The notes below the pieces were generated by a model. The model was not told the origin of the DNA and did no database searches. It saw nothing but the letters and a program-made list of their open reading frames with translations. A stretch of DNA of 36,649 nt from Armatimonadota bacterium (GTDB lineage: Bacteria > Armatimonadota > UBA10988): contig JACRKZ010000118.1 of assembly GCA_016235455.1 (NCBI GenBank), positions 1-36,649 of the forward strand, given 5' to 3'. Positions 10,697 through 18,838 of the stretch are shown here, in pieces (position 1 is the stretch's first letter; each line of letters begins with the position of its first letter). Both the position numbers and the translations under genes were made by a program.

Positions 10697-10725
10697 TTGC
10701 GCCGCTAGGGACCCTGTGCTACTCT
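10697..10725 (+). promoter_or_regulatory. Sigma70-type promoter with extended -10 for the HIT-rpsU region
   Basis: TTGCGC (10697-10702), 17-bp spacer ending TGTGc, TACTCT (10720-10725). Confidence 0.55.
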
Positions 10726-10793
10726 TGCTAGCTGTTGCTCTGGGGCCGGGTCCGCTGGATCAGGTCGTGTCGGAAAGGGCAACGGAGGGCCCA

Positions 10794-11144
10794 GTGGCCG
10801 AAGGCGAAACCATCTTCGCGAAGATCGTGCGGGGGGAAATCCCTTGTGACAAGGTCTATGAGGATGAGCGCGCCGTTGCGTTTCGGGACATCCATCCCGC
10901 CGCGCCGAGCCACATACTGGTCATCCCGAAAGAGCCGCTACCCTCGCTGCTGGAGGCTGGTCCCGAGCACGAGGCGCTGCTAGGCCACTTGCTGGTCGTG
11001 GCAACGGAAGTGGTGCGGCTGGAGGGCTTGGCCGAGCAGGGGTTTCGCGTGGTGGTGAACAACGGCAAGAGCGCCGGCCAGGAGGTCATGCACCTGCATT
11101 TGCACGTGCTGGCCGGCCGGCCGATGGGGTGGCCGCCCGGTTAG
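10794..11144 (+). CDS. Histidine triad nucleotide-binding protein (HinT family)
   Basis: TIFAKI, AFRDIHP, HILVIPK, GQEVMHLHLHVL, GWPPG C-terminus. GGAGG at 10784-10788 supports GTG 10794. Confidence 0.95.
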   Translation: MAEGETIFAKIVRGEIPCDKVYEDERAVAFRDIHPAAPSHILVIPKEPLPSLLEAGPEHEALLGHLLVVATEVVRLEGLAEQGFRVVVNNGKSAGQEVMHLHLHVLAGRPMGWPPG

Positions 11145-11210
11145 GGTGAGGCTGCCACCGGCACCGTTCGGCCGGAACGACAACGGACGGTCCTGGAGGA
11201 TTGAGAGTCC

Positions 11211-11420
11211 ATGGCGAAAGTGGAGGTCAAGGACCACGAGTCCATCGACAGCGCACTGCGGCGTTTCAAGAAGCAGCTTCAGCGCGATGGCATTTTGCAG
11301 GAAGCTCGCCGCAAGTCGCGCTACGAGAAGCCGAGCGACAAGCGGCGCCGCGAACGCGCCGCGCGCAAGCGCCGGCTCCTGCGCCGCGCCGCGCGCCAGG
11401 AACAGCGCGCCGGCCTATAG
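11211..11420 (+). CDS. rpsU: 30S ribosomal protein S21
   Basis: ESIDSALRRFKK...GILQEARRKSRYEKPS, basic 69-aa protein, GGAGGA RBS, HIT-rpsU-phoH synteny. Confidence 0.95.
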   Translation: MAKVEVKDHESIDSALRRFKKQLQRDGILQEARRKSRYEKPSDKRRRERAARKRRLLRRAARQEQRAGL

Positions 11421-11438
11421 GGTCAGTCTGGTTTTCCG

Positions 11439-11483
11439 CACGACACCGATGAGCGCTCTTCGGCGCGCGTCATCGGTGTCGTG
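11439..11483 (+). terminator. Strong stem-loop after rpsU (terminator or mRNA stabiliser)
   Basis: Perfect 14-bp stem CACGACACCGATGA/TCATCGGTGTCGTG with an inner GCGC stem and a C(TTCG)G tetraloop. Only a weak T-tract follows. Confidence 0.65.
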
Positions 11484-11500
11484 TTGCTGGAGCAACGGCC

Positions 11501-12466
11501 ATCGAGGCCCGAATCCCCATCACCGATGGCGTCCAACTGGCGGCCTTGCTCGGTCCACATGACGAGCATCTGGCCATCCTCCAGCGGGGCGCGCAACCGG
11601 TCGTCATCACCGCCACGCGCGACGCGCTGTTGCTCGCCGGCGACGACGACGACACGGTCCGGCGTACCCAGCGCGTGATCGGTGAGCTGCTCTACCTGCT
11701 CGAACGAGGCCAACCGCTCTCGCTCAGCCAGGTGGAGTATGCGGCGCACAGCCTGGCCGGCGCCAGCGACCAACCGTTAGCCGAAGAACTGGGCGAGACC
11801 GTGCTGGTCACCGACCGCGGCAAGCCCATTCGCGCCCGCACGCCGGGCCAGCGCCGCTACGTCAAGGCGCTGGAGACCAACACCATCACCTTCGGCCTGG
11901 GTCCGGCCGGCACGGGCAAGACGTATCTGGCCATGGCCTGCGCGGTGCGCGCGCTGCGCACCAAGTCCGTCTCGCGCATCATCCTCTGCCGACCCGCGGT
12001 GGAGGCTGGTGAGCGGCTCGGGTTCCTACCCGGTGACCTGCAGGCCAAAATCGACCCCTACTTGCGACCGCTCTATGATGCACTCTACGATATGGAGAGC
12101 CTGGAGCGCGCGCAGCGTCATCTGGAACGCAACGTGGTCGAGGTCGCGCCGCTCGCGTTCATGCGCGGCCGGACGTTGAACGACAGCTTTGTTATCCTCG
12201 ACGAGGCGCAGAACACGTCGCCCGAGCAGATGAAGATGTTCCTGACGCGCTTGGGCTTTGGATCCAAGGCGGTGGTCACCGGTGACCAGACGCAGACCGA
12301 CCTGCCGCGCAATGCGCCGAGCGGTCTGAACCATGCCGTCGACATCCTCGGCGACATCAAGGGCATCGGCATCTGCCGACTAGGCAGCGAGGATGTGGTA
12401 CGCCATGAACTGGTGCAACGCATCGTCGAGGCGTATGATCGCCAGGGACGCGCACTCGACGAGTAG
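11501..12466 (+). CDS. phoH: PhoH family ATPase
   Basis: [67 protein letters not shown]. The track start is TTG 11546, but an in-frame ATC at 11501 with an RBS is the likelier start (see findings). Confidence 0.95.
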   Translation: MEARIPITDGVQLAALLGPHDEHLAILQRGAQPVVITATRDALLLAGDDDDTVRRTQRVIGELLYLLERGQPLSLSQVEYAAHSLAGASDQPLAEELGETVLVTDRGKPIRARTPGQRRYVKALETNTITFGLGPAGTGKTYLAMACAVRALRTKSVSRIILCRPAVEAGERLGFLPGDLQAKIDPYLRPLYDALYDMESLERAQRHLERNVVEVAPLAFMRGRTLNDSFVILDEAQNTSPEQMKMFLTRLGFGSKAVVTGDQTQTDLPRNAPSGLNHAVDILGDIKGIGICRLGSEDVVRHELVQRIVEAYDRQGRALDE

Positions 12467-12497
12467 CGCGTCGGTGAAGAGGCACGGGTAGCCAGCC

Positions 12498-14768
12498 ATG
12501 GCGCAAAAGCCGGCCAAACAGCGAGTCGGGACCAACGGCGGGCGCGACGCCCGTCTCGGGTGGCGCAAGCGCCTCGACGTGGCCCTGCATGAGCTGTCAC
12601 CCCGCGAGTTCACGCCTCAGCGCCTGCTGCTCATCGTGCTGGCCGTTGCCGGCTTCACCGTGGTGCTGAGCACCGACATCTTCCGCCAGGGCATCACCTG
12701 GCAGCCCGGCCAGAAGGCCTCGCGCACGGTCATCGCCGACCGCACCGTGACCTTCCCCGACGATCTCGCCACGGAGCAGCTGCGTCGTGCCGCACGCGAT
12801 GCGGTGCCCAAGCAGTACACGCCCAGCAACCCCGAGACCGAGGCTATCCAGCGCCTGGACCTGTGGTTCGGCAAGGTCGACGTGACCGCCGCCACCCGCG
12901 AAGAGCCCTCGACGCAGGACCTCAGCGAGATGCAGGCGGGTTCTGGCGCGGGGCTGACCACCGACCAGGTGCGAGCCGTGCTCGCGCTGAGCGACGAGAA
13001 GCGCATTGCGCTGCGCCGGTCGGTCACCAACCTGCTGCTCGACCTGTACCGCAACCACGAGATCCACGACGACACGCCCCGCGAGACAGACCTGCAAGCA
13101 GTGCGCGAGAAGACCGTCAATCGGCTGCGGCAGGCGTTCCCGGACACGCTGTCCCGCGACGTGGGCGCGCGGCTCATCTACGCCGAACTGCGACCCAACC
13201 GCCTGTACGATGCGCCGCGCACCGACCGCCAGCGCGAGGATGCCGTCGCCCGCGTGGAGCCAGTGCGCCGCACCATCAACCGCGGCGAGCCGATCATCGA
13301 GCGCGGCCAGACGGTAACCGAGGCGCACCAGGCCAAGTTCGAGGCGCTGGGGCTCGTGCAGCGCAAGCAGGACTACCGTGGGCTGCTGGGCACAGCGGCA
13401 CTGGTGCTGCTGGTGCTGGTCATCACCGGCTGGTATGTGCGGCGCGAACAGCACGAGATCTACATGGACCTGGGCAAGGTGGCCCTGCTCTGCGCCCTGG
13501 CCATGGGCTCCATGGCCTTCTTCCGACTGATGATGGTGTGGCGCGCCGATCCTGCCGCCATGGCCCACACGGCCATTTTCTGCGGCGCCACCATGGGCAT
13601 GTTGATCACGGTGCTGGTGGACTACCGCCTGGCCATGATGATGACCGGGGTGCTGGCCCTGTTCCTGGGCCTGATGATGCCTGGCGCCGGCATCTACGTG
13701 GCGTTCGAGGCCTGGTTGGCCGGCCGGGTTGGCGCCATGGCCCTACGCAGCGTATCCAGCCGCGCCGACCTGGTGCGGGCCGCGCTGGCCACCGCGCTGG
13801 GCGGGATGATCGTGGCCGTGGCCATCGACCTGCCCCATGGCGCCGACGACGCGCCGTGGACGCTCTCTGCGCTGCTGCGCGACGCACTTTACGGCTCGGC
13901 CTGGGGCCTGTTGTCGTTCCTGGTCAGCCAGGGGCTCATGCCGCTTCTCGAGCGCCTGTTCGGCGTGGTCACCCCGTTCCGGCTGCTGGAACTCACCAAC
14001 AGCTCCTCGCCGGCACTGGCCTTGTTGCGCAAGAACGCGCGCGGCAGCTTCGACTCCTCGCTGACCATCGGCGACATGGCCGCGGAGGCCTGCGAGGCCA
14101 TCGGCGCCGACGCGCTCGTGGCCCGCGCCGCGGGCTACCACCACGATCTGGGCAAGGTGCGGCACCCCACGTGGTTCGTGGAGAACCAGTTCGGCGCGGA
14201 GAACATCCACGACCGGCTGGAGCCGACGGTCAGCGCCAAGGCCATCAAGTCGCATGTCACCGAGGGCCTGCAACTGGCCGACGAGTACAACCTGCCCCGG
14301 CCGCTGAAGGATGCCATCGCGCAGCACCACGGCACGTCGCTCATCTCGTTCTTCTACTACCAGGCCAAGGAACGGCTCGGCGACACCTGCCGGATCACCG
14401 AGGAGCAGTTCCGCTATGACGGGCCGAAGCCGCAGAGCAAGGAGTGCGGCGTGATCATGCTGGCCGATGGCGTCGAAGCCGCCGTGCGGGCCGCTGCCGG
14501 GCACGGGCCGATGACCGACAAACGCATCGGCGAGATCGTCCACCGCATCATGGACGCGCGGCTCAAGGAAGGGCAGCTCGACGAGTGCCCGGTCACCCTG
14601 GCCGACCTGACCTTGATTGCGGCGTCGTTCTGCGAGTACCTGCGCGGCATGTACCACGGCCGTATGGACTATCCAACAGCCGCCAAGAAGGAGGCCGCAC
14701 CAGCCCCCGCGGCCAAGGACGAGCCGGCGAAAGAGGCCGCCGAGCCGGTGAAGACCGATGCCGGTTGA
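12498..14768 (+). CDS. 7TM-HD family phosphohydrolase (PgpH-like, putative c-di-AMP phosphodiesterase)
   Basis: N-terminal TM, large extracytoplasmic domain (GEPIIERGQTVT), about 7 TM segments, TPFRLLEL, HDLGK, FVENQ, HHGT, FRYDGPKPQSKE, MLADGVEAA. phoH-pgpH-ybeY-dgkA synteny. Confidence 0.9.
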   Translation: MAQKPAKQRVGTNGGRDARLGWRKRLDVALHELSPREFTPQRLLLIVLAVAGFTVVLSTDIFRQGITWQPGQKASRTVIADRTVTFPDDLATEQLRRAARDAVPKQYTPSNPETEAIQRLDLWFGKVDVTAATREEPSTQDLSEMQAGSGAGLTTDQVRAVLALSDEKRIALRRSVTNLLLDLYRNHEIHDDTPRETDLQAVREKTVNRLRQAFPDTLSRDVGARLIYAELRPNRLYDAPRTDRQREDAVARVEPVRRTINRGEPIIERGQTVTEAHQAKFEALGLVQRKQDYRGLLGTAALVLLVLVITGWYVRREQHEIYMDLGKVALLCALAMGSMAFFRLMMVWRADPAAMAHTAIFCGATMGMLITVLVDYRLAMMMTGVLALFLGLMMPGAGIYVAFEAWLAGRVGAMALRSVSSRADLVRAALATALGGMIVAVAIDLPHGADDAPWTLSALLRDALYGSAWGLLSFLVSQGLMPLLERLFGVVTPFRLLELTNSSSPALALLRKNARGSFDSSLTIGDMAAEACEAIGADALVARAAGYHHDLGKVRHPTWFVENQFGAENIHDRLEPTVSAKAIKSHVTEGLQLADEYNLPRPLKDAIAQHHGTSLISFFYYQAKERLGDTCRITEEQFRYDGPKPQSKECGVIMLADGVEAAVRAAAGHGPMTDKRIGEIVHRIMDARLKEGQLDECPVTLADLTLIAASFCEYLRGMYHGRMDYPTAAKKEAAPAPAAKDEPAKEAAEPVKTDAG

Positions 14769-15246
14769 GCTGGACGTCCGGCACCCGGGCTACGACGCGG
14801 GAAGTGTCGACTTCGGCGCGCTGTGCAGGCAGGTGTGCTTCGACGAGCTCGGCTGCGAGCCGACGGTCGCCGTGGTACTGTGCGACGACGACACGATCGC
14901 CGAGGTCAACTGGACGTGGCTCGAACACGAGGGCCCGACCGACGTGATCAGCTTCCCGCAGTTCGACCTGCGGCCCGGCCAGCCGGCGCCACCCATCGGT
15001 CACGCCACGCTGCTGGGCGACATCATCATCTCGGTGGACACCGCCGCCGAGCAGGCCGCGGCCTACGGTGTTACGTCTCCGTCCGCTTGGGGCACCGATA
15101 GCGAGGTGGCCCTGCTGTTCGTGCACGGCTTGCTGCACCTCTGCGGCTGGGACGACCAGACGCCCGACCAGCGTACGGCCATGCAGGCCCGCGAGGACCT
15201 GCACCTGGCCGCGGTCGGGCTCGGACCAGCGCCTCGGGCCGACTAG
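14758..15246 (+). CDS. ybeY: rRNA maturation endoribonuclease YbeY
   Basis: PTDVISF, LGDIIIS, HGLLHLCGWDD, plus synteny. Confidence 0.92.
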   Translation: MPVELDVRHPGYDAGSVDFGALCRQVCFDELGCEPTVAVVLCDDDTIAEVNWTWLEHEGPTDVISFPQFDLRPGQPAPPIGHATLLGDIIISVDTAAEQAAAYGVTSPSAWGTDSEVALLFVHGLLHLCGWDDQTPDQRTAMQAREDLHLAAVGLGPAPRAD

Positions 15247-15259
15247 GCGAAGGATAGCC

Positions 15260-16006
15260 ATGGCACAGATCTCGCTCCGGCGGTTCGCGCGCAGCTTCGA
15301 ACACGCCATGGAAGGTGTGCTCGACGCCTATCGCTCGCAACGGCACATGCGTGTGCACTTCGTTTTCATGGCCGCGAATGCCGTGCTGGCGCTGATCTAC
15401 AAGCTCAACGCCATCGAGGTCGCGCTGGTCACCATCGCCACGGCCCTGGTCGTCTCCATGGAGATGATGAACACCGTGGTCGAGGCCATCATCAATCTGG
15501 TCTGCGAGACCTACCACCCCGTGGCGCGCTTCGCCAAGGACGTGGCCGCCGGCGCGGTGCTGGTCACCGCGGGCAACGCCGCCATTGTGGCGGTCTGCAT
15601 CTACGGCAACCCCGAGCGCCTCGGCCGCCTGCGCCAGGTCTGGCTGACCGGCCACTACTACGACGGCAGCGCCCAGCTCCGCGCGCTGGCCATGACTCTG
15701 GTGTTGCTCACGACGCTGCTCGCCGCGGTCAAGGTGGGCAAGCCCGAGGGCAGCGTGCTGCAAGGCGGCCCAGTCAGCGGCCACGCCGCCTACGCCTTCT
15801 GCCTGGCCACCTGTGTCTACTTCCTCGTGGGCGACACGGCCTACGCCTGGCTGGCCACGGCCATGGCCGGCGGCGTGGCGCTCATCGTCGCCCACCTGCG
15901 GCTCAACGACCACTCGCACCGCATGCGCACGGTCTTCTACGGCGCCGCCCTGGGCATCGCCGTGCCGCTCGTCGTGTTTGGCCTGCTGGCCCAGCCGTCG
16001 GGCTAG
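15260..16006 (+). CDS. dgkA: Diacylglycerol/undecaprenol kinase fused to a PAP2-like domain
   Basis: SFEHAMEG, EMMNTVVE, AKDVAAGAV. C-terminal GGPVSGH and R-x5-H (RLNDHSH) match PAP2 motifs. AAGGA RBS before ATG 15260. Confidence 0.85.
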   Translation: MAQISLRRFARSFEHAMEGVLDAYRSQRHMRVHFVFMAANAVLALIYKLNAIEVALVTIATALVVSMEMMNTVVEAIINLVCETYHPVARFAKDVAAGAVLVTAGNAAIVAVCIYGNPERLGRLRQVWLTGHYYDGSAQLRALAMTLVLLTTLLAAVKVGKPEGSVLQGGPVSGHAAYAFCLATCVYFLVGDTAYAWLATAMAGGVALIVAHLRLNDHSHRMRTVFYGAALGIAVPLVVFGLLAQPSG

Positions 16007-16062
16007 CCCGGCCCACCCCGCCGCCGCGCCATACACCGGCCAGATTTCGCGGCCTGCAGCGC

Positions 16063-16091
16063 TTGACGCCTGCCCGGCCCGACACTACCAT
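16063..16091 (+). promoter_or_regulatory. Sigma70-type promoter of the feo operon
   Basis: TTGACG (16063-16068), 17 bp, TACCAT (16086-16091). Confidence 0.7.
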
Positions 16092-16107
16092 ACCCTCGAC
16101 ACCAGAC

Positions 16108-16128
16108 TGAGAGTGATAACACTTCTCA
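16108..16128. promoter_or_regulatory. Fur-box-like operator
   Basis: GAGAGTGATAACACTTCTC matches GATAATGATAATCATTATC at 13/19 positions (hand count). The 7-1-7 form is TGATAAC-A-CTTCTCA. Lies between the promoter and the feoA RBS. Confidence 0.7.
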
Positions 16129-16146
16129 ATGTCTGTGGAGCGCATG

Positions 16147-16398
16147 ATGGACTGGACCGCGGTGGAGCCTGAGGTGTCGGTGGCGTTGACAGACAGCCCC
16201 GAGGGCAGCCTGGTGCGCATTGCGCGCGTCCAGACCAGCGCCGAGGACAGTGGTCGGCTGCGCGAACTGGGGGTCTATGAGGGCGCCGAGGTGACGGTAC
16301 TGACCCAAGGTGATCCGGTGGTGCTGTCCATCGCCGGCACGCGATTCGCCATCTGTCGCCGTTGCGCCTGTCTGGTTGCCGCCGCCCTGGCCTGCTAG
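16147..16398 (+). CDS. feoA: Ferrous iron transport protein A
   Basis: RLRELGVYEGAEVTV...GDPVV...GTRFAI, directly upstream of feoB. GGAG at 16137-16140 supports ATG 16147 or 16144. Confidence 0.88.
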   Translation: MDWTAVEPEVSVALTDSPEGSLVRIARVQTSAEDSGRLRELGVYEGAEVTVLTQGDPVVLSIAGTRFAICRRCACLVAAALAC

Positions 16399-16409
16399 GA
16401 GTCGTACCC

Positions 16410-18509
16410 GTGGCACAGGCCATTGATGCAGGCGAGCGAGTGCTGCGCATCGCCGTGGCCGGCAGCCCCAATGCCGGCAAGACCACGCTGTTCAACCGGC
16501 TCACCGGCCTGCGGCACAAGGTGGGCAACTACCCCGGCGTGACCGTGGAGCGCAAGGAAGGCGCCGCCGTCATCGACGGCGAGATGGTCGACCTGCTCGA
16601 CCTGCCGGGCTCCTACTCGCTCTCGGCCCAGTCGCCCGACGAGGAAGTGGCGCGCGACGTGCTCTTCGGCTGGCAGCCCGGCTGCGAGCCGCCCGACGTG
16701 GTGCTCATCGTCATCGACGCGGCGCACCTGGAGCGCAACCTCTTCCTCACCAGCCAGATCGTCGAGTTGGGCTACCCCACCGTGCTGGCGCTGAACATGG
16801 TCGACGTGGCCCGCGCCGCGGGCATGGTGATCGACGCCGACGAGTTGTCAAGGCGACTGGGTGTGGCCGCCATTCCCGTCGTGGCCACCACGGGCGAGGG
16901 CCTGGCCGAGCTGGGTGAGGCGCTACTGCGCGCGCGGCCCAGCGCCATGCGCGTGCCGCTCAAGCCGGCGGTGGAAGCCGAGGCGCAGCGGCTCGGTGCG
17001 CTGCTCGAACGCGAGGGCGTGGCGCCGGCACTGGCCTCGCCCGTGGCCCTGCGTCTGCTCAGCTCGGCCGAGGGCCTGGCCGACGCCACACGCCAGTATG
17101 GCCCAGCGCTGGCGGCCGAGGTAACGGAGTCTCGCCGTGCGCTGGAGGCCCGCGGCGTGGTGTGGCTGGGCTGCGAGGCCAGTTCTCGCTACAGCTGGCT
17201 GCGCGAGGTGGCGGCCGCGACCGTGGTCCAGGCGGCGAGGCCGGAGGGGCTGAACCGGCACGACCGCATCGACCGCGTGCTAACCCATCGGTTCTGGGGT
17301 CCGGTCGTCTTCTTCGCCATCATGGCCGTCGTGTTCCAGAGCATCTACACCTGGGCCGGCCCGGCCATGGACGCCATCGATAGCGGCATGGGCGCCGTGG
17401 GCGCCTGGACCAAGACGCATCTGCCCGCCGGCCCGCTCAATGACCTGCTGAGTGACGGCGTCATCGCCGGCGTAGGCGGTGTGATCATCTTCCTGCCGCA
17501 GATCCTGATCCTGTTCTTCTTCCTGGCCATGCTGGAGGAGACGGGCTACATGGCCCGCGCGGCGTTCGTCATGGACCGCGTCATGAGCCGGGTCGGCTTG
17601 CACGGCCGCGCCTTCGTGCCGTTGTTGAGCGGCTTCGCCTGCTCGGTGCCGGGCATCATGGCCGCGCGCACCATCTCCAACGGCCGCGACCGGCTGGCCA
17701 CCATCCTGGTCACGCCACTGATGACGTGTTCGGCGCGGTTGCCGGTCTACGCGCTGCTGATCGGCGCGTTCGTGCCCAAGGGCCGCATCCTGGGCGGGCT
17801 GGTCAGCCAGCAGGGATTGGCGCTGTTCGGCCTCTACTTCCTCGGCACGGTCATGGCCTTGTCGGTGGCGGCGGTGCTCAAGCGCACGGTCCTGCGTGGG
17901 CCCACACCGTCGCTGGTGCTGGAACTGCCCCCCTACCGTCAGCCCAACTGGCGCAACGTGGGCCGCGAACTGTGGGACCGCGCTGGCCTGTTCGTCAAGT
18001 TCGCGGGCACGATCATCTTGTCCATGAGCATCGTGCTGTGGTTCCTGGCGTCATTCCCGCGCCATGGCGATGGCACCGCGTCGGACATCCAGCAGAGCTA
18101 CCTGGGCCGCGCCGGGCGCGTAGTGGAACCGGTGCTGCGGCCGCTCGGCTACGACTGGCGCGTGGGCGTGGCCTGTCTGTCGGCGGCGGCAGCGCGTGAG
18201 GTGGTCGTGTCCACCCTCGGCGTGCTGTTCGAGGTCGGCAAGGATGACGCCGATGGTCAGGCCAAGCTGGGCGACCGCCTCAAGCAGGCCACCTGGCCCG
18301 ACGGCCGCCCGCTGTTCACCGTGGCCACGGCCTGGTCGCTGATGATCTTCGTAGCCCTGGCCTGCCAGTGCATGACCACCGTGGGCATTGTCATCCAGGA
18401 GACTGGCGGCTGGCGCTGGGCCATGTGGCTGGTCGCCTACACCACGGCCCTGGCCTACTTCGGCGCACTGATCACCTACCAAGGCCTGCGTCTGGCGGGG
18501 CTGGGCTGA
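16410..18509 (+). CDS. feoB: Ferrous iron transport protein B
   Basis: G1 GSPNAGKT, VGNYPGVTVE, G3 DLPG, G4 NMVD, LEETGYMAR, GFACSVP, MTCSARLP, ELPPY. AGGAG before GTG 16410. Confidence 0.97.
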   Translation: MAQAIDAGERVLRIAVAGSPNAGKTTLFNRLTGLRHKVGNYPGVTVERKEGAAVIDGEMVDLLDLPGSYSLSAQSPDEEVARDVLFGWQPGCEPPDVVLIVIDAAHLERNLFLTSQIVELGYPTVLALNMVDVARAAGMVIDADELSRRLGVAAIPVVATTGEGLAELGEALLRARPSAMRVPLKPAVEAEAQRLGALLEREGVAPALASPVALRLLSSAEGLADATRQYGPALAAEVTESRRALEARGVVWLGCEASSRYSWLREVAAATVVQAARPEGLNRHDRIDRVLTHRFWGPVVFFAIMAVVFQSIYTWAGPAMDAIDSGMGAVGAWTKTHLPAGPLNDLLSDGVIAGVGGVIIFLPQILILFFFLAMLEETGYMARAAFVMDRVMSRVGLHGRAFVPLLSGFACSVPGIMAARTISNGRDRLATILVTPLMTCSARLPVYALLIGAFVPKGRILGGLVSQQGLALFGLYFLGTVMALSVAAVLKRTVLRGPTPSLVLELPPYRQPNWRNVGRELWDRAGLFVKFAGTIILSMSIVLWFLASFPRHGDGTASDIQQSYLGRAGRVVEPVLRPLGYDWRVGVACLSAAAAREVVVSTLGVLFEVGKDDADGQAKLGDRLKQATWPDGRPLFTVATAWSLMIFVALACQCMTTVGIVIQETGGWRWAMWLVAYTTALAYFGALITYQGLRLAGLG

Positions 18510-18838
18510 TGGGCGTCAACACACAGATCGCCGTGGTCTACGTCGTGGTCGCCCTGGCCGTCTTCGCCTTGGCGCGACGCGTGTGGACGGCCTCGGGCCT
18601 GGGCACGGCGGCCGGGGCAGCCAAGGCCGCCCCGGCCTGCTCGCACTGCAGCGCCTCGCGCGCGCGACAGGTGGTGTCGGAGGCCCGCTCAGCCTTGCGC
18701 CACGACCGGGTTGGTCAGCGTGCCGATGCGCTCGATGCTCACACTGATGCTGTCCCCGCAGCGCAGGAACACGGGCGGGTCGCGGTGCAGGCCAACACCG
18801 CCGGGAGTGCCGGTGGTGATGATGTCGCCGGGCAGTAG
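18509..18838 (+). CDS. FeoB-associated small Cys-containing membrane protein
   Basis: TGATG coupling to feoB. One TM segment (IAVVYVVVALAVFALA) followed by CSHC. The C-terminus runs 150 nt into the convergent gene. Confidence 0.6.
   Translation: MGVNTQIAVVYVVVALAVFALARRVWTASGLGTAAGAAKAAPACSHCSASRARQVVSEARSALRHDRVGQRADALDAHTDAVPAAQEHGRVAVQANTAGSAGGDDVAGQ

Noticed and set aside
10716-10793. Signal-peptide-like N-terminal extension on the HIT protein
   Set aside because: The upstream GTG lies inside the predicted extended -10 promoter element. The RBS supports GTG 10794.
12863-14419. 518-aa alternative-frame + strand ORF
   Set aside because: Arg/Gly/Pro-rich off-frame read of the PgpH-like gene, with no RBS or domain signal.
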